A DNA stretch of 16,254 nucleotides from Polyangiales bacterium. GTDB taxonomy: Bacteria > Myxococcota_A > Polyangia > Polyangiales > Houyiibacteriaceae. The translations under genes and the position numbers were made by a program. Of this stretch, positions 1 through 7,966 are shown one piece after another (the first letter of the stretch is position 1; each line of letters opens with the position of its first letter). The notes beneath the pieces were generated by a model. That model saw nothing but the letters and a program-made list of their open reading frames with translations, did not search any database and had not been told where the DNA came from. The stretch lies in NCBI GenBank assembly GCA_045106895.1, contig JBGCFM010000244.1:1-16254 (forward strand), given 5' to 3'.

Positions 1-16
1 ACGACGCTTAACTGGG

Positions 17-101
17 TGGTGGGACTAAGTTTACGGGGGCGCGTCTCCAGACAAAGACTTTGGGTCTTTGCCAGGAGACGCGGGGGTCAAACTTACGTGG
101 C
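17..101. repeat. Palindromic direct repeat, copy 1 (hairpin 40-82)
   Basis: Matches 441-524; the 51-nt core 34-84 vs 458-508 is 49/51 identical. Internal stem CGCGTCTCC..CAAAGAC-tttgg-GTCTTTG..GGAGACGCG. Confidence 0.9.
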
Positions 102-169
102 TTACGCTTCGCTGGGTCTCTGGGTTCTGCTCGGGTTTCGCTCTCTCGAAGTTCGCTCTAAGCCCGTCC

Positions 170-406
170 GGTTCGGGGTGGGCCCGAGTGGGCCCAAGGC
201 CATTCGACTGGCTTGTGTCGCCGTCCCTTGCGGCGACACAAGGTCTCTCCCGTCCCGGCATACCTCCATCGCGCAATAGAGAAGTGAGCAGCTCCGACAT
301 GCATGGTGAACTTGCGACTCAAAGGATGAGAATGAGGCGTCGGCGCTCCTCCTTTCGGGGAGAGACGGCCTCGAAGCCTTGGGCCCACGCGGGCCCACCC
401 CGAACC
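170..406. repeat. Element bounded by a 31-bp inverted repeat (170-200 / 376-406) with internal hairpins; MITE/REP-like or structured RNA
   Basis: GGTTCGGGGTGGGCCCGAGTGGGCCCAAGGC pairs with GCCTTGGGCCCACGCGGGCCCACCCCGAACC at 30/31 positions. Perfect 12-bp inner hairpin 212-223/231-242 and 9-bp stem 243-251/358-366. Confidence 0.75.
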
Positions 407-440
407 TGCGTACGTTTCAAACAGCACGAGCATATCGGGA

Positions 441-524
441 TGGTGGGACTGGCTTTGCGGGGGCGCGTCTCCCGACAAAGACTTTGGGTCTTTGCCGGGA
501 GACGCGGGACGGGACTTACGTGGC
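441..524. repeat. Palindromic direct repeat, copy 2 (hairpin 464-506)
   Basis: Same sequence as 17-101 shifted by 424 bp. Stem CGCGTCTCCC/GGGAGACGCG plus CAAAGAC/GTCTTTG. Confidence 0.9.
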
Positions 525-674
525 CCACGTGGCAAGAGCGCACGTGTTGTAGCTACGAAAAGCGTAAGCGCGATGTGCCACGCCGCAGCCGGCGATCGAC
601 GTAGGTCCTAAGACCTATCGGAGACCGCCAACTCACCCTCGTCATGGTGGCTTCGACGGACCCGAAAGGTGTGG

Positions 675-797
675 GGACGGCTCAGGGGGTGGGGCCGACT
701 GAGCCACACGAGTCAACTTTGTTGGCTCGTCCTGTCGAGCCGTCAGAGACGGCGAGACAGGCAGCTGGCGCCCGGGGCCCCACCCCCTGGGCCGTCC
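675..797 (+). ncRNA. Candidate structured RNA, three-way junction, family not recognised
   Basis: 22-bp closing stem 675-696/776-797 with one G-U; 10-bp hairpin 708-730 with one G-U; hairpin 731-761 of 6+6 bp around a tandem GA/GA internal loop. Both wobbles are G-U only on the + strand. Confidence 0.5.
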
Positions 798-847
798 ACG
801 CGCCTGCCGTTCAGATGGATATGAAACCCGCCCGGACAAGAAGGGGG

Positions 848-3193
848 TCAGGAACGACGTCCGGCCAGCATGGAGTGCTCCGCGTAGTTCTCGGAGGCGA
901 TGGGCCCAAGCATGGCGTCTGGGATGCCGAAGGCATCGACATAGGCCACCGCGTCCCGGCCCACGCGCGCACACAGCGCCGCTTTTAGCTTACGAATCGC
1001 GCGTGCTTTTCGCGGCGCGATGTACTCGGTCTCAACGAACCATGAGAGGTCGCGGTGAAGCTCACTGACGGCGTAGAGCGCGCGCATGGATTCCATGGCG
1101 ACCTTCTCCTTCCCTTCGCAGCCGGCGATTCCTTTCGCGAAGCACTCGTGAATGTGCTCGATGGTGTGCGCCTCGGCGAGAGCGATGAGGTGAAGCTGAA
1201 TCTCGCCAAAGGCCACGAAGCTGTCGACGCCTTTGTCCGTGCGCTTTTTTAGACGGCGCGCCGCTGAGACGAGGAGCTGGTGCGTGCGGTAGCGGAACGC
1301 CTCTCGGTGAAACTCCACGTCGAGCAAGTGGTCCTCACTGGTTCGCCGTGTCTCAACGGGGTTCGACTCGAAGAGCGCGCGCTTCGCCACTTCGCCGACG
1401 GTATCCAGGAGAGTCCCCACAAAGTTGTCGGAGAGCTGCTTCGCAAAGCCAGTCAGGAGGCCCTTCGCGACGAGCTGCAGGAGGACCGTATTGTCTCCTT
1501 CGAAGGTCGCGAAGACGTCTACATCACAGCGCATCTGTGCGATGCGGTTGAGGGTAAGAAAGCCCATGCCGCCACAGCGTTCGCGTGCCGCCTGCGCGCT
1601 GTTGATGGCGTGCCACGTTGCGATCGCTTTGACTCCCGCCGCGAGGGCCTCGAGCTCTCGTGAATCGGGCTCTTCGTGCGATGCATCTTCGCGGGCCCGG
1701 CTCACCTCCGCCGTATGTTCTGCGAAGCGTCGCTGGAGATCCACCACCGCAAAATGGAGCGCGTAGGTCGACGCGACGTGGGGCAGAAGCGCTTCACGAT
1801 GAGCGGGGTAGCCGAGAAGCGTCTGCTCTTCCTGTCCTTCGGGCCCAAACTGTCGTCGAAGCGCGCCGTAACGAACCGCGGTGCTGAGCACGACCTTCGC
1901 CGATGTCACCGAAGCAGATGCGACGCTCACACGTCCGCCGACCAAGGTCCCAAGCATGGTGAAGAAGCGACGAGCGGGGCTGGCGATGGGGCTGCTGTAA
2001 ACACCTTCCGCGTCCACGCTGCCATATCGACCGAGAACGTTCTCGCGCGGGACACGCACGTGGTCGAACCAGAGCCGCCCGTTGTCGACCCCGTTGAGAC
2101 CCATCTTGTGGCCACAGTCTTCAATAGACACTCCGGGAAGAAGGCCGCCTTCGTCGTCACGAACGGGGACATAGAACGCGTGGACCCCGTGGACTCCGTC
2201 GCACTCCAGCTGCGCGAAGACGACCATGCTCTGACCGTGAACGGCGGCGTTTCCAATCCACTCTTTTCGCGCGCTCACGCTTGGGGTGTGCAGCACGAAC
2301 GCATCTTGTTCTTTGTCGAAGCGCGCGACGGTCTCGAGGTCCCGGACGTTTGAACCGTGTCCAAGCTCCGTCATGGCAAAGCCGCCAAGGAGCGCGCCGC
2401 TGCCTACGTCCTCGAGAAGTCGAGCGTGGTGCTCGTTTGTACCCAGGTTCAAGATCGCGCCGCCAAAGAGGCCAAACTGCACGCCAGTTTTCACAACCAA
2501 GCTGAGGTCATGCATCGCGAGGGCCTCGAAGTACTTTACGAATCCATCCACGCGTCCGCCGCCGCCGCATTCCTGCGGGAAGCTGAGCGCGCCAATGTCA
2601 TCGGCGCAGAGAACTTTGACCCACTCGAGCACCTTCTCGCGGTAGGCCTCCTTGTCCAGGTCGACGACGAGGCTCATTGAGTCGCGTTGAACCAACTCCC
2701 GTACGTGGGCCCACTCAGAGGCGTACTCGCCGTCGAGAAGCGTTGTGAGTTTCTCCGGCGAAAAGGGAGGCGCGGGGTGGTCGAAGGTCTGCTTGACGGG
2801 CGGCCGCTGGGTAAAGAACCGCCGCACCGCTTCTTGTCCCTTGATGCCGAGGGCGTGCTCGAGTTCTTCAAGCGCACGACGCTCTGCGTCGTCTTCGTCG
2901 GCGATGGCGAAACCTAGATCGACGAGACCTGAACGCATCCGCGCGTCACGTCGACTGACCTGCGACTCAATATAGTGGTGGAGCCGCATCAGCTCCGTGG
3001 AAGAGGGCGGAGAGTCGACCCAGAGCATCAGCTCTTTTTGTGCATCCTGGGAAAGGCTCGACCCCTTGAGCGCATCACGAACGAGGGCACGTTCAGCCTC
3101 ATCGAATACGCCATCGGCCCACCCCACGTAGAGGAGCGGCGCGAAGGGAAGGAGTTGCGGATGAGCGACGAGACGAGCTGTATTGGGTTCCAC
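848..3193 (-). CDS. Acyl-CoA oxidase (acyl-CoA dehydrogenase superfamily) with an additional N-terminal, possibly TerB-like, domain
   Basis: 781 aa. Motifs GGFAMTELGHGSNV, FVLHTP..ARKEWIGN, KMGLNGVDNG, RERCGGMGF and TFEGDNTVLLQLVA (catalytic Glu motif of ACOX-type enzymes). GTG start. Confidence 0.92.
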   Translation of the reverse strand: MEPNTARLVAHPQLLPFAPLLYVGWADGVFDEAERALVRDALKGSSLSQDAQKELMLWVDSPPSSTELMRLHHYIESQVSRRDARMRSGLVDLGFAIADEDDAERRALEELEHALGIKGQEAVRRFFTQRPPVKQTFDHPAPPFSPEKLTTLLDGEYASEWAHVRELVQRDSMSLVVDLDKEAYREKVLEWVKVLCADDIGALSFPQECGGGGRVDGFVKYFEALAMHDLSLVVKTGVQFGLFGGAILNLGTNEHHARLLEDVGSGALLGGFAMTELGHGSNVRDLETVARFDKEQDAFVLHTPSVSARKEWIGNAAVHGQSMVVFAQLECDGVHGVHAFYVPVRDDEGGLLPGVSIEDCGHKMGLNGVDNGRLWFDHVRVPRENVLGRYGSVDAEGVYSSPIASPARRFFTMLGTLVGGRVSVASASVTSAKVVLSTAVRYGALRRQFGPEGQEEQTLLGYPAHREALLPHVASTYALHFAVVDLQRRFAEHTAEVSRAREDASHEEPDSRELEALAAGVKAIATWHAINSAQAARERCGGMGFLTLNRIAQMRCDVDVFATFEGDNTVLLQLVAKGLLTGFAKQLSDNFVGTLLDTVGEVAKRALFESNPVETRRTSEDHLLDVEFHREAFRYRTHQLLVSAARRLKKRTDKGVDSFVAFGEIQLHLIALAEAHTIEHIHECFAKGIAGCEGKEKVAMESMRALYAVSELHRDLSWFVETEYIAPRKARAIRKLKAALCARVGRDAVAYVDAFGIPDAMLGPIASENYAEHSMLAGRRS

Positions 3194-3199
3194 GCCGCA

Positions 3200-3208
3200 A
3201 CGTTAGCA
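3200..3208 (-). promoter_or_regulatory. Putative extended -10 box (TGc-TAACGT) 6 nt before the GTG of the acyl-CoA oxidase; leaderless
   Basis: Minus strand reads TGC-TAACGT-tgcggc-GTG with no Shine-Dalgarno. Confidence 0.5.
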
Positions 3209-3232
3209 AGGTGCGGCCCCTGTAGGAACAGG

Positions 3233-3679
3233 CTAGAACGCGTCGAGAATAACCTGCACGGCGAGGCCGATGGTCGCGAGAAGGCCCACGCTAAAACTCA
3301 GCGTGCGCCACGGCTGCTTGCGCATGACGAACGTCAGCCCGTGAACGTAGCGCGCGCCGAGGAAGGTCCACGCGTAAATGGACGCGCTCTGCACCCAGTC
3401 GCCCTGGCTCCCTAGGTCTGCGAGCGATGTCATGTGGGCGAGCATGTAGGTGAGGAGCACGAGAACGAACAGCGGCTCGTTCTCCAGGCTGTTTCGAATG
3501 AGATGCTGCGCGTGCACGACGGAAGGGGCGTCGCCGGCTTCAGAACCAGGAAGCAGCGCATCTTCTGGGTAGGAGAAACGCTTCGAGCGCAGGCGTCCCG
3601 TGAGCTGCACCCCGATAGTGAGCAGCTGCTTCAATACAATAGAAAGAACAACCGTCGCGAAGACTTGAAGAGCACTCAT
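3233..3679 (-). CDS. MAPEG family membrane protein (MGST1 / mPGES-1-like)
   Basis: 148 aa with four hydrophobic segments. RLRSKRFSYPEDAL, RNSLENEPLF, ARYVH and QPWRT resemble the MAPEG motifs FANPED, RNxxE, RxxH and PxRS. Confidence 0.85.
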   Translation of the reverse strand: MSALQVFATVVLSIVLKQLLTIGVQLTGRLRSKRFSYPEDALLPGSEAGDAPSVVHAQHLIRNSLENEPLFVLVLLTYMLAHMTSLADLGSQGDWVQSASIYAWTFLGARYVHGLTFVMRKQPWRTLSFSVGLLATIGLAVQVILDAF

Positions 3680-3834
3680 GAGCGCACTCTACGGTCCTGA
3701 GGCTTCGATCAGAAGGTGAGTTTCTGAAAATTCACTTCGCACTTTTGGGAACACGCCGCTTCAAACGCGCTGCGCGCACCAGCAAAGCGCAGCACGGGCG
3801 GTCGCGCCGGGCCGCTACGTACTCGCTGCGCTCG

Positions 3835-3843
3835 TGTTAGGTT
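3835..3843 (+). promoter_or_regulatory. Putative extended -10 box (TGt-TAGGTT) 6 nt before the P450 ATG; leaderless
   Basis: TGT-TAGGTT-cccgca-ATG with no Shine-Dalgarno. Confidence 0.5.
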
Positions 3844-3849
3844 CCCGCA

Positions 3850-5241
3850 ATGCTCGCCACGCGAATCGTTCAGAAGGCACGCGCCGCTCTCACTCAACCG
3901 GACGGGGGCCTGCCGTTCCTGGGTCACGCCCTTTCTTTTCGAAAGGACGCGCTCCGCTTGATCACAGAGCGCGCCGGCAGCGTCCCTATGGGTTCCATGC
4001 GCCTCATGGGACGGACGATTAACCTCGTCGGCTCCCCCAAAGTAGCCGAGTACGTCATGCGCAGCGGCGCGAAGAACTTCAGCCGACAAACGCCGGTCTA
4101 CCGGCTCCTCGGCCTCTTCCTCGGCCAGGGAACCCTTGTCACCGAAGGCGAGACGTGGCGTAAGCACCGCCGGGTCATTCAGCCCGCCTTCCACAAGCGG
4201 CGCCTCGAAGCGCTCACCGGAGAGATCGTCGATGTCATCGACGCTCACCTAAAAACCTGGACGGGCGAGTTGGACGCGCGGGACGCGATGATGCATCTGA
4301 CCCTTGAGCTCGCTAGCTCCATCTTGGTCGGCGCTCGGACCAAACGCGATGCGCAGCGTCTTGGCGAGGCCGTGGACACGAGTCAGGCCTTCGTGCAGTC
4401 ACGCTTGCCGTTTCCTTGGCTCGCAGGCTTCTCCGCCCTCAACCGGCGAATGATGGACCCGGCGCGCAAGACCCTCGATGAGATCGCGTTTCGCCTGATC
4501 CGGCAGCGACGCGAAGAGCTCAAGCGTGAGCCCGATGTCATTCACAACGACGCCCTCGGGATGCTCATCGAAGCGCGCTACGAAGACGGCTCTCCCCTCC
4601 CCGACCAACAGATCCGTGACGAGATGATGACGCTCCTCGTCGCGGGTCACGAGACCACCTCCAACGCGATCTCATGGACGCTCTGGTACCTCGCAAACCA
4701 CCCCGCTGTTCGCCGCGAGATGGAGGCGGAGATCGACCACGTACTCGGCGAGCGCTTGCCTACCTACGCAGATGTCAGCGCGCTCCCTTTCACCCGCGCC
4801 GTCCTCGATGAGTCGCTGCGTCTTCGGCCGCCAGCGTGGTTGACGGGGCGAGTCTGCACGAAGTCTCACGACTTCGACGGGATTCACTTTGAGGAAGGTC
4901 AGCTTGTGCTCATCAGCCCGTGGGTTGTCCATCATCGCGGCGACGTGTACGAAAACCCCGAAGCCTTTGACCCCTCGCGCTGGGCAAAAATCCGAAGCGA
5001 GCTGCCCCCGATGGCGTTCTTCCCTTTCGGCGGTGGCGCGCGAAAGTGCGTCGGCGAAGCCTTCGCTTACCTCGAGGCGATTCTCACCTTGGCCATGATC
5101 AGCCAACGCATGCGCCTTGAACTCATGTCTGGCAGCGTCGTCCCGCTTCCGCAGATCACCCTTGGTTTTGCCGAAGGCCTTCAAATGAAGGTCGTGCCGC
5201 GAGTGCCCGAAATGATGAGAGAATCCAGAGTGACGACCTAG
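3850..5241 (+). CDS. Cytochrome P450
   Basis: 463 aa. I-helix AGHETT, K-helix ESLR (ExxR), FDPSRW, heme-ligand motif FFPFGGGARKCVG and N-terminal GLPFLGH. Confidence 0.97.
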   Translation: MLATRIVQKARAALTQPDGGLPFLGHALSFRKDALRLITERAGSVPMGSMRLMGRTINLVGSPKVAEYVMRSGAKNFSRQTPVYRLLGLFLGQGTLVTEGETWRKHRRVIQPAFHKRRLEALTGEIVDVIDAHLKTWTGELDARDAMMHLTLELASSILVGARTKRDAQRLGEAVDTSQAFVQSRLPFPWLAGFSALNRRMMDPARKTLDEIAFRLIRQRREELKREPDVIHNDALGMLIEARYEDGSPLPDQQIRDEMMTLLVAGHETTSNAISWTLWYLANHPAVRREMEAEIDHVLGERLPTYADVSALPFTRAVLDESLRLRPPAWLTGRVCTKSHDFDGIHFEEGQLVLISPWVVHHRGDVYENPEAFDPSRWAKIRSELPPMAFFPFGGGARKCVGEAFAYLEAILTLAMISQRMRLELMSGSVVPLPQITLGFAEGLQMKVVPRVPEMMRESRVTT

Positions 5242-5313
5242 GCGCGGCACTTGGCGGATAGAAGCGTGTCCACCCTTGTTGGACTTCTCCGCGCAATGGG
5301 ACTAGCTAGCGCC

Positions 5314-6339
5314 ATGCGTATCTTACTCCCCGTGCTCCTCTCCATCGCTCTGGTCGCTTGCGGCGACGACGACGAGCTCCCCGGCAACGACGCCGGACCC
5401 ACTCCGGATGCCTCCGTGGACGGCGGACCGACGCCAGACTCCGGCCCTGGACCTGACGCCGGCCCCGGACCTGACGCCGGACCCGGACCTGACGCCGGAC
5501 CCGGACCTGACGCCGGCCCCGGACCTGACGCCGGCCCCGGGCCTGACGGAGGACCCGACGCGGGACCGATGTCGACTGCCACACAGGACTTCATCGACGC
5601 CCTCACGGCCACCGAAGAAGTTTTCTGCGCATGTGACATGGGCGGCTACGCAAGCTCCGAGTTGTGCGTGGGCGTGAGCGCCATCGACGCCGCCTACGAC
5701 ACCTGTTACCGCGGCGCCGTTGAGGAAGCGATCGGCGATGCCGAAATCCTCGAGTTCGTCGAGTGTTTCGCAACCGCTCAAGGGGAGCTGGCTACGTGCC
5801 TGACAGCCGCCGGATGCGAAGACGAGCCAGCGAACGAGGCGTGCGACGACGCTTTCATCGAGACCTTTACCACCTGCACCGAGCTCGACTTCTTCGACAC
5901 TCTGGAAGTCATCTCCGACGCTGCGATCGCGTGCGCAACAACTGACGCGATGACCTGCCCCGACGGTGAAGCCTCGAGCGCGACCGGCATGGCCGTCTTC
6001 ACCGGAAACACCGTTGGCGGCGCGAACAACTACGACGACGGTGGTGACTGCAGCTACTCGACGCCCGAGCGCACCCATGTGTGGACGGCGCCGTCCGCGG
6101 GAACCTTCACCATCGACACCGCAGGCTCTGGCTACGACACAAACCTCGCGCTCTTCGCCGACTGCGAAGCACCGGAGGCCATCGACTGCAACGACGATGG
6201 GGTTGAGGACACGCTCTACTCGTCCATCACGCGAACCTTCGAGGCCGACGAGAGCGTTCTCGTCGTCGTTGAGGGCTACGATGGTACCGCCGGCGCCTAC
6301 GTCATCAACGTGACCGAAGAGGTCGTCGACCCTAAGTGA
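5314..6339 (+). CDS. Acidic Cys-rich lipoprotein with PDAGPG linker repeats and a C-terminal PPC-like beta domain
   Basis: The ORF track starts at 5251, but ATG 5314 gives a clean signal peptide and lipobox (MRILLPVLLSIALVA-C), 341 aa. C-terminal WTAPSAGTFTIDTAGSGYDT..CNDD..VVVEGY pattern is typical of PPC-like domains. Confidence 0.8.
   Translation: MRILLPVLLSIALVACGDDDELPGNDAGPTPDASVDGGPTPDSGPGPDAGPGPDAGPGPDAGPGPDAGPGPDAGPGPDGGPDAGPMSTATQDFIDALTATEEVFCACDMGGYASSELCVGVSAIDAAYDTCYRGAVEEAIGDAEILEFVECFATAQGELATCLTAAGCEDEPANEACDDAFIETFTTCTELDFFDTLEVISDAAIACATTDAMTCPDGEASSATGMAVFTGNTVGGANNYDDGGDCSYSTPERTHVWTAPSAGTFTIDTAGSGYDTNLALFADCEAPEAIDCNDDGVEDTLYSSITRTFEADESVLVVVEGYDGTAGAYVINVTEEVVDPK
5449..5556 (+). 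repeat. In-frame 18-bp tandem repeat GGACCTGACGCCGGMCCC (GPDAGP), five copies plus one degenerate copy
   Basis: Units start at 5449, 5467, 5485, 5503, 5521 and 5539. Confidence 0.95.
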
Positions 6340-6372
6340 GTCGATAGATCAAAAGTGACCTTTGCGTAGACG

Positions 6373-6404
6373 AGGCGGCCCTTCTGGGGTCGCCTTTTTC
6401 TTTT
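6373..6404 (+). terminator. Rho-independent terminator
   Basis: Stem AGGCGGCCC/GGGTCGCCT followed by TTTTCTTTT, just after the stop at 6339. Confidence 0.85.
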
Positions 6405-6414
6405 GACCGGCCGC

Positions 6415-7383
6415 TCAAGGGTAGTCGCGACTCGCCCGGTCGTGAGGCGCCAGAAAGTCGAGCGCGGGGCCGCGAGGGATAATGCCCCGCGGGTTGATTC
6501 CAGGACTGCGCCCGTAGTAGCCAGACTTGTACACCTCGATGTGCACAGTCTCCCCGATCCCCTCGGTCTGATAGAGGTCGCGCACGTATTCGGACATCGC
6601 GGGGTAGTCGACGATGCGCCGAAGGTTGCACTTGAAGTGCCCATGGTAGACGGCGTCAAAACGCGCGAGTGTCGTGAAGAGCCGGACGTCCGCGAGGGTG
6701 AGCTGGTTTCCTACGAGGTAGCGGTGGGACTGGAGGCGCGCTTCCACCGCATCAAGTGCCTCGAAGAGAGGAAAGAACGCGTCGTCGTAGGCCTCTTGTG
6801 TACGCGCGAACCCGCACTTGTAGACCCCGTTGTTGATCTTTGCGTAGACCCACTCGTTGACCTCTTCGATCTCGTCGCGATGCTCCGCTGGGTAGAGGTC
6901 GACGGCCGTCGCGCCGATACCGTCAAAGGCGTCGTTGAACATACGGATGATCTCCGCGGACTCGTTGCTCACGATGGTCTTCGTCTGCCTGTCCCAAAGC
7001 ACCGGAACCGTCGCGCTCCCGGAGTACTCGCCTTCGGCGGCGGCGTAGTAGTGGTGGAGAGGCAGTTTTCCCTCGGCGGGCTGAAACTCGTCGATGCCGT
7101 TCTTGAACCACCAGCCGTCTTCGTCGCGGCGCACCTCCGCCACGGACATGGAGACGAGGTCCTGCAGGCCCTTCAGGTTCCGGACGATGATGGCGCGGTG
7201 GGCCCATGGGCAGTTGTGCGCGACAAGAAGGTGGTATCGCTCCGCCGCTGGCGTAAACGCCGTGCTCCCATCGCTACGCACCCAGTCGCGAAAACTCGTG
7301 ATGCCGCGCTGAAAAGCGCCTCCCGGCGTGGTCCGAGTCTTCTCTTGGGATGCGACCCAAACTCCGTTGATGAGCTTTCCCAT
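6415..7383 (-). CDS. yqjG: Glutathionyl-hydroquinone reductase (Xi-class GST, YqjG/ECM4 family)
   Basis: 322 aa. Catalytic CPWA, TVPVLWD, IVSNESAEII, INNGVYKCGFA, LADVRLFTTLARFDAVYHGHFKCN and INPxGIIPxGP. Confidence 0.93.
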   Translation of the reverse strand: MGKLINGVWVASQEKTRTTPGGAFQRGITSFRDWVRSDGSTAFTPAAERYHLLVAHNCPWAHRAIIVRNLKGLQDLVSMSVAEVRRDEDGWWFKNGIDEFQPAEGKLPLHHYYAAAEGEYSGSATVPVLWDRQTKTIVSNESAEIIRMFNDAFDGIGATAVDLYPAEHRDEIEEVNEWVYAKINNGVYKCGFARTQEAYDDAFFPLFEALDAVEARLQSHRYLVGNQLTLADVRLFTTLARFDAVYHGHFKCNLRRIVDYPAMSEYVRDLYQTEGIGETVHIEVYKSGYYGRSPGINPRGIIPRGPALDFLAPHDRASRDYP

Positions 7384-7447
7384 GCGGCAGACCTAGTGAG
7401 CACAAAGCCAGCGTCAACCGTGGGCGTGTGAGAGTACCCTGAGCTGC

Positions 7448-7873
7448 ATGAGCGACCCGAGCGTGAGCTGCGAGATATCCGCTTCTTTGAACCTTTGCGG
7501 CGGAGCGTTCGACTTTGAGCATTGCTCGAAAGCGATCGGTGTGGCTGCCACGAGTACTTGGACCCGAAAGATAGAGCACGACGCGATCCCCGAGGCATCC
7601 TGGTCCATCGGTTTCGACAAGCGCCCCTACGATTGCGTCGACGTCGCGGTGTCCGCCGTACTTGAACAAGTGGAGGGACTCGAAGAGCGCGTGCGTGCCT
7701 ACGCGAAAGCTCAGGCTCTCGAAGTCTCGCTTTCTTGCGATGTCTTCATTTACAAGCAGCGACCGCTTTATTCGCTGAGTCCAGCGACGATGAAGCGTCT
7801 GTCGGAGCTCCACGCAGAGTTCCGTCTCGACATTTTCGACTACTCCCCCTGTGATTGCGAGGCGACGGAGTAG
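7448..7873 (+). CDS. DUF4279-like hypothetical protein
   Basis: 141 aa. Pattern ASLxLxG..FD....AIGV.AT..W, central W and C-terminal LSP..MKRL.EL.....LDIF resemble DUF4279. TACCCT lies 7 nt before the ATG. Confidence 0.65.
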   Translation: MSDPSVSCEISASLNLCGGAFDFEHCSKAIGVAATSTWTRKIEHDAIPEASWSIGFDKRPYDCVDVAVSAVLEQVEGLEERVRAYAKAQALEVSLSCDVFIYKQRPLYSLSPATMKRLSELHAEFRLDIFDYSPCDCEATE

Positions 7874-7966
7874 AGCCACGCGCCGGCCGCGAGCCACTCA
7901 TGTCGAAGACGTCACGACGGCGGGAGCCGACGCGCAAGAGGCGCGAGGCCGCGGCACTCCGAAGAA

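Noticed and set aside
17..524. CRISPR or integron attC interpretation of the direct repeats
   Set aside because: Only two copies 424 bp apart, no GTTRRRY/RYYYAAC ends and no cassette ORF between them.
16..988. Short overlapping ORFs in the left non-coding region
   Set aside because: No recognisable motifs; their shared peptide segments simply mirror the DNA direct and inverted repeats.
6403..7431. 342-aa plus-strand ORF
   Set aside because: Antisense to the well-supported glutathionyl-hydroquinone reductase gene.
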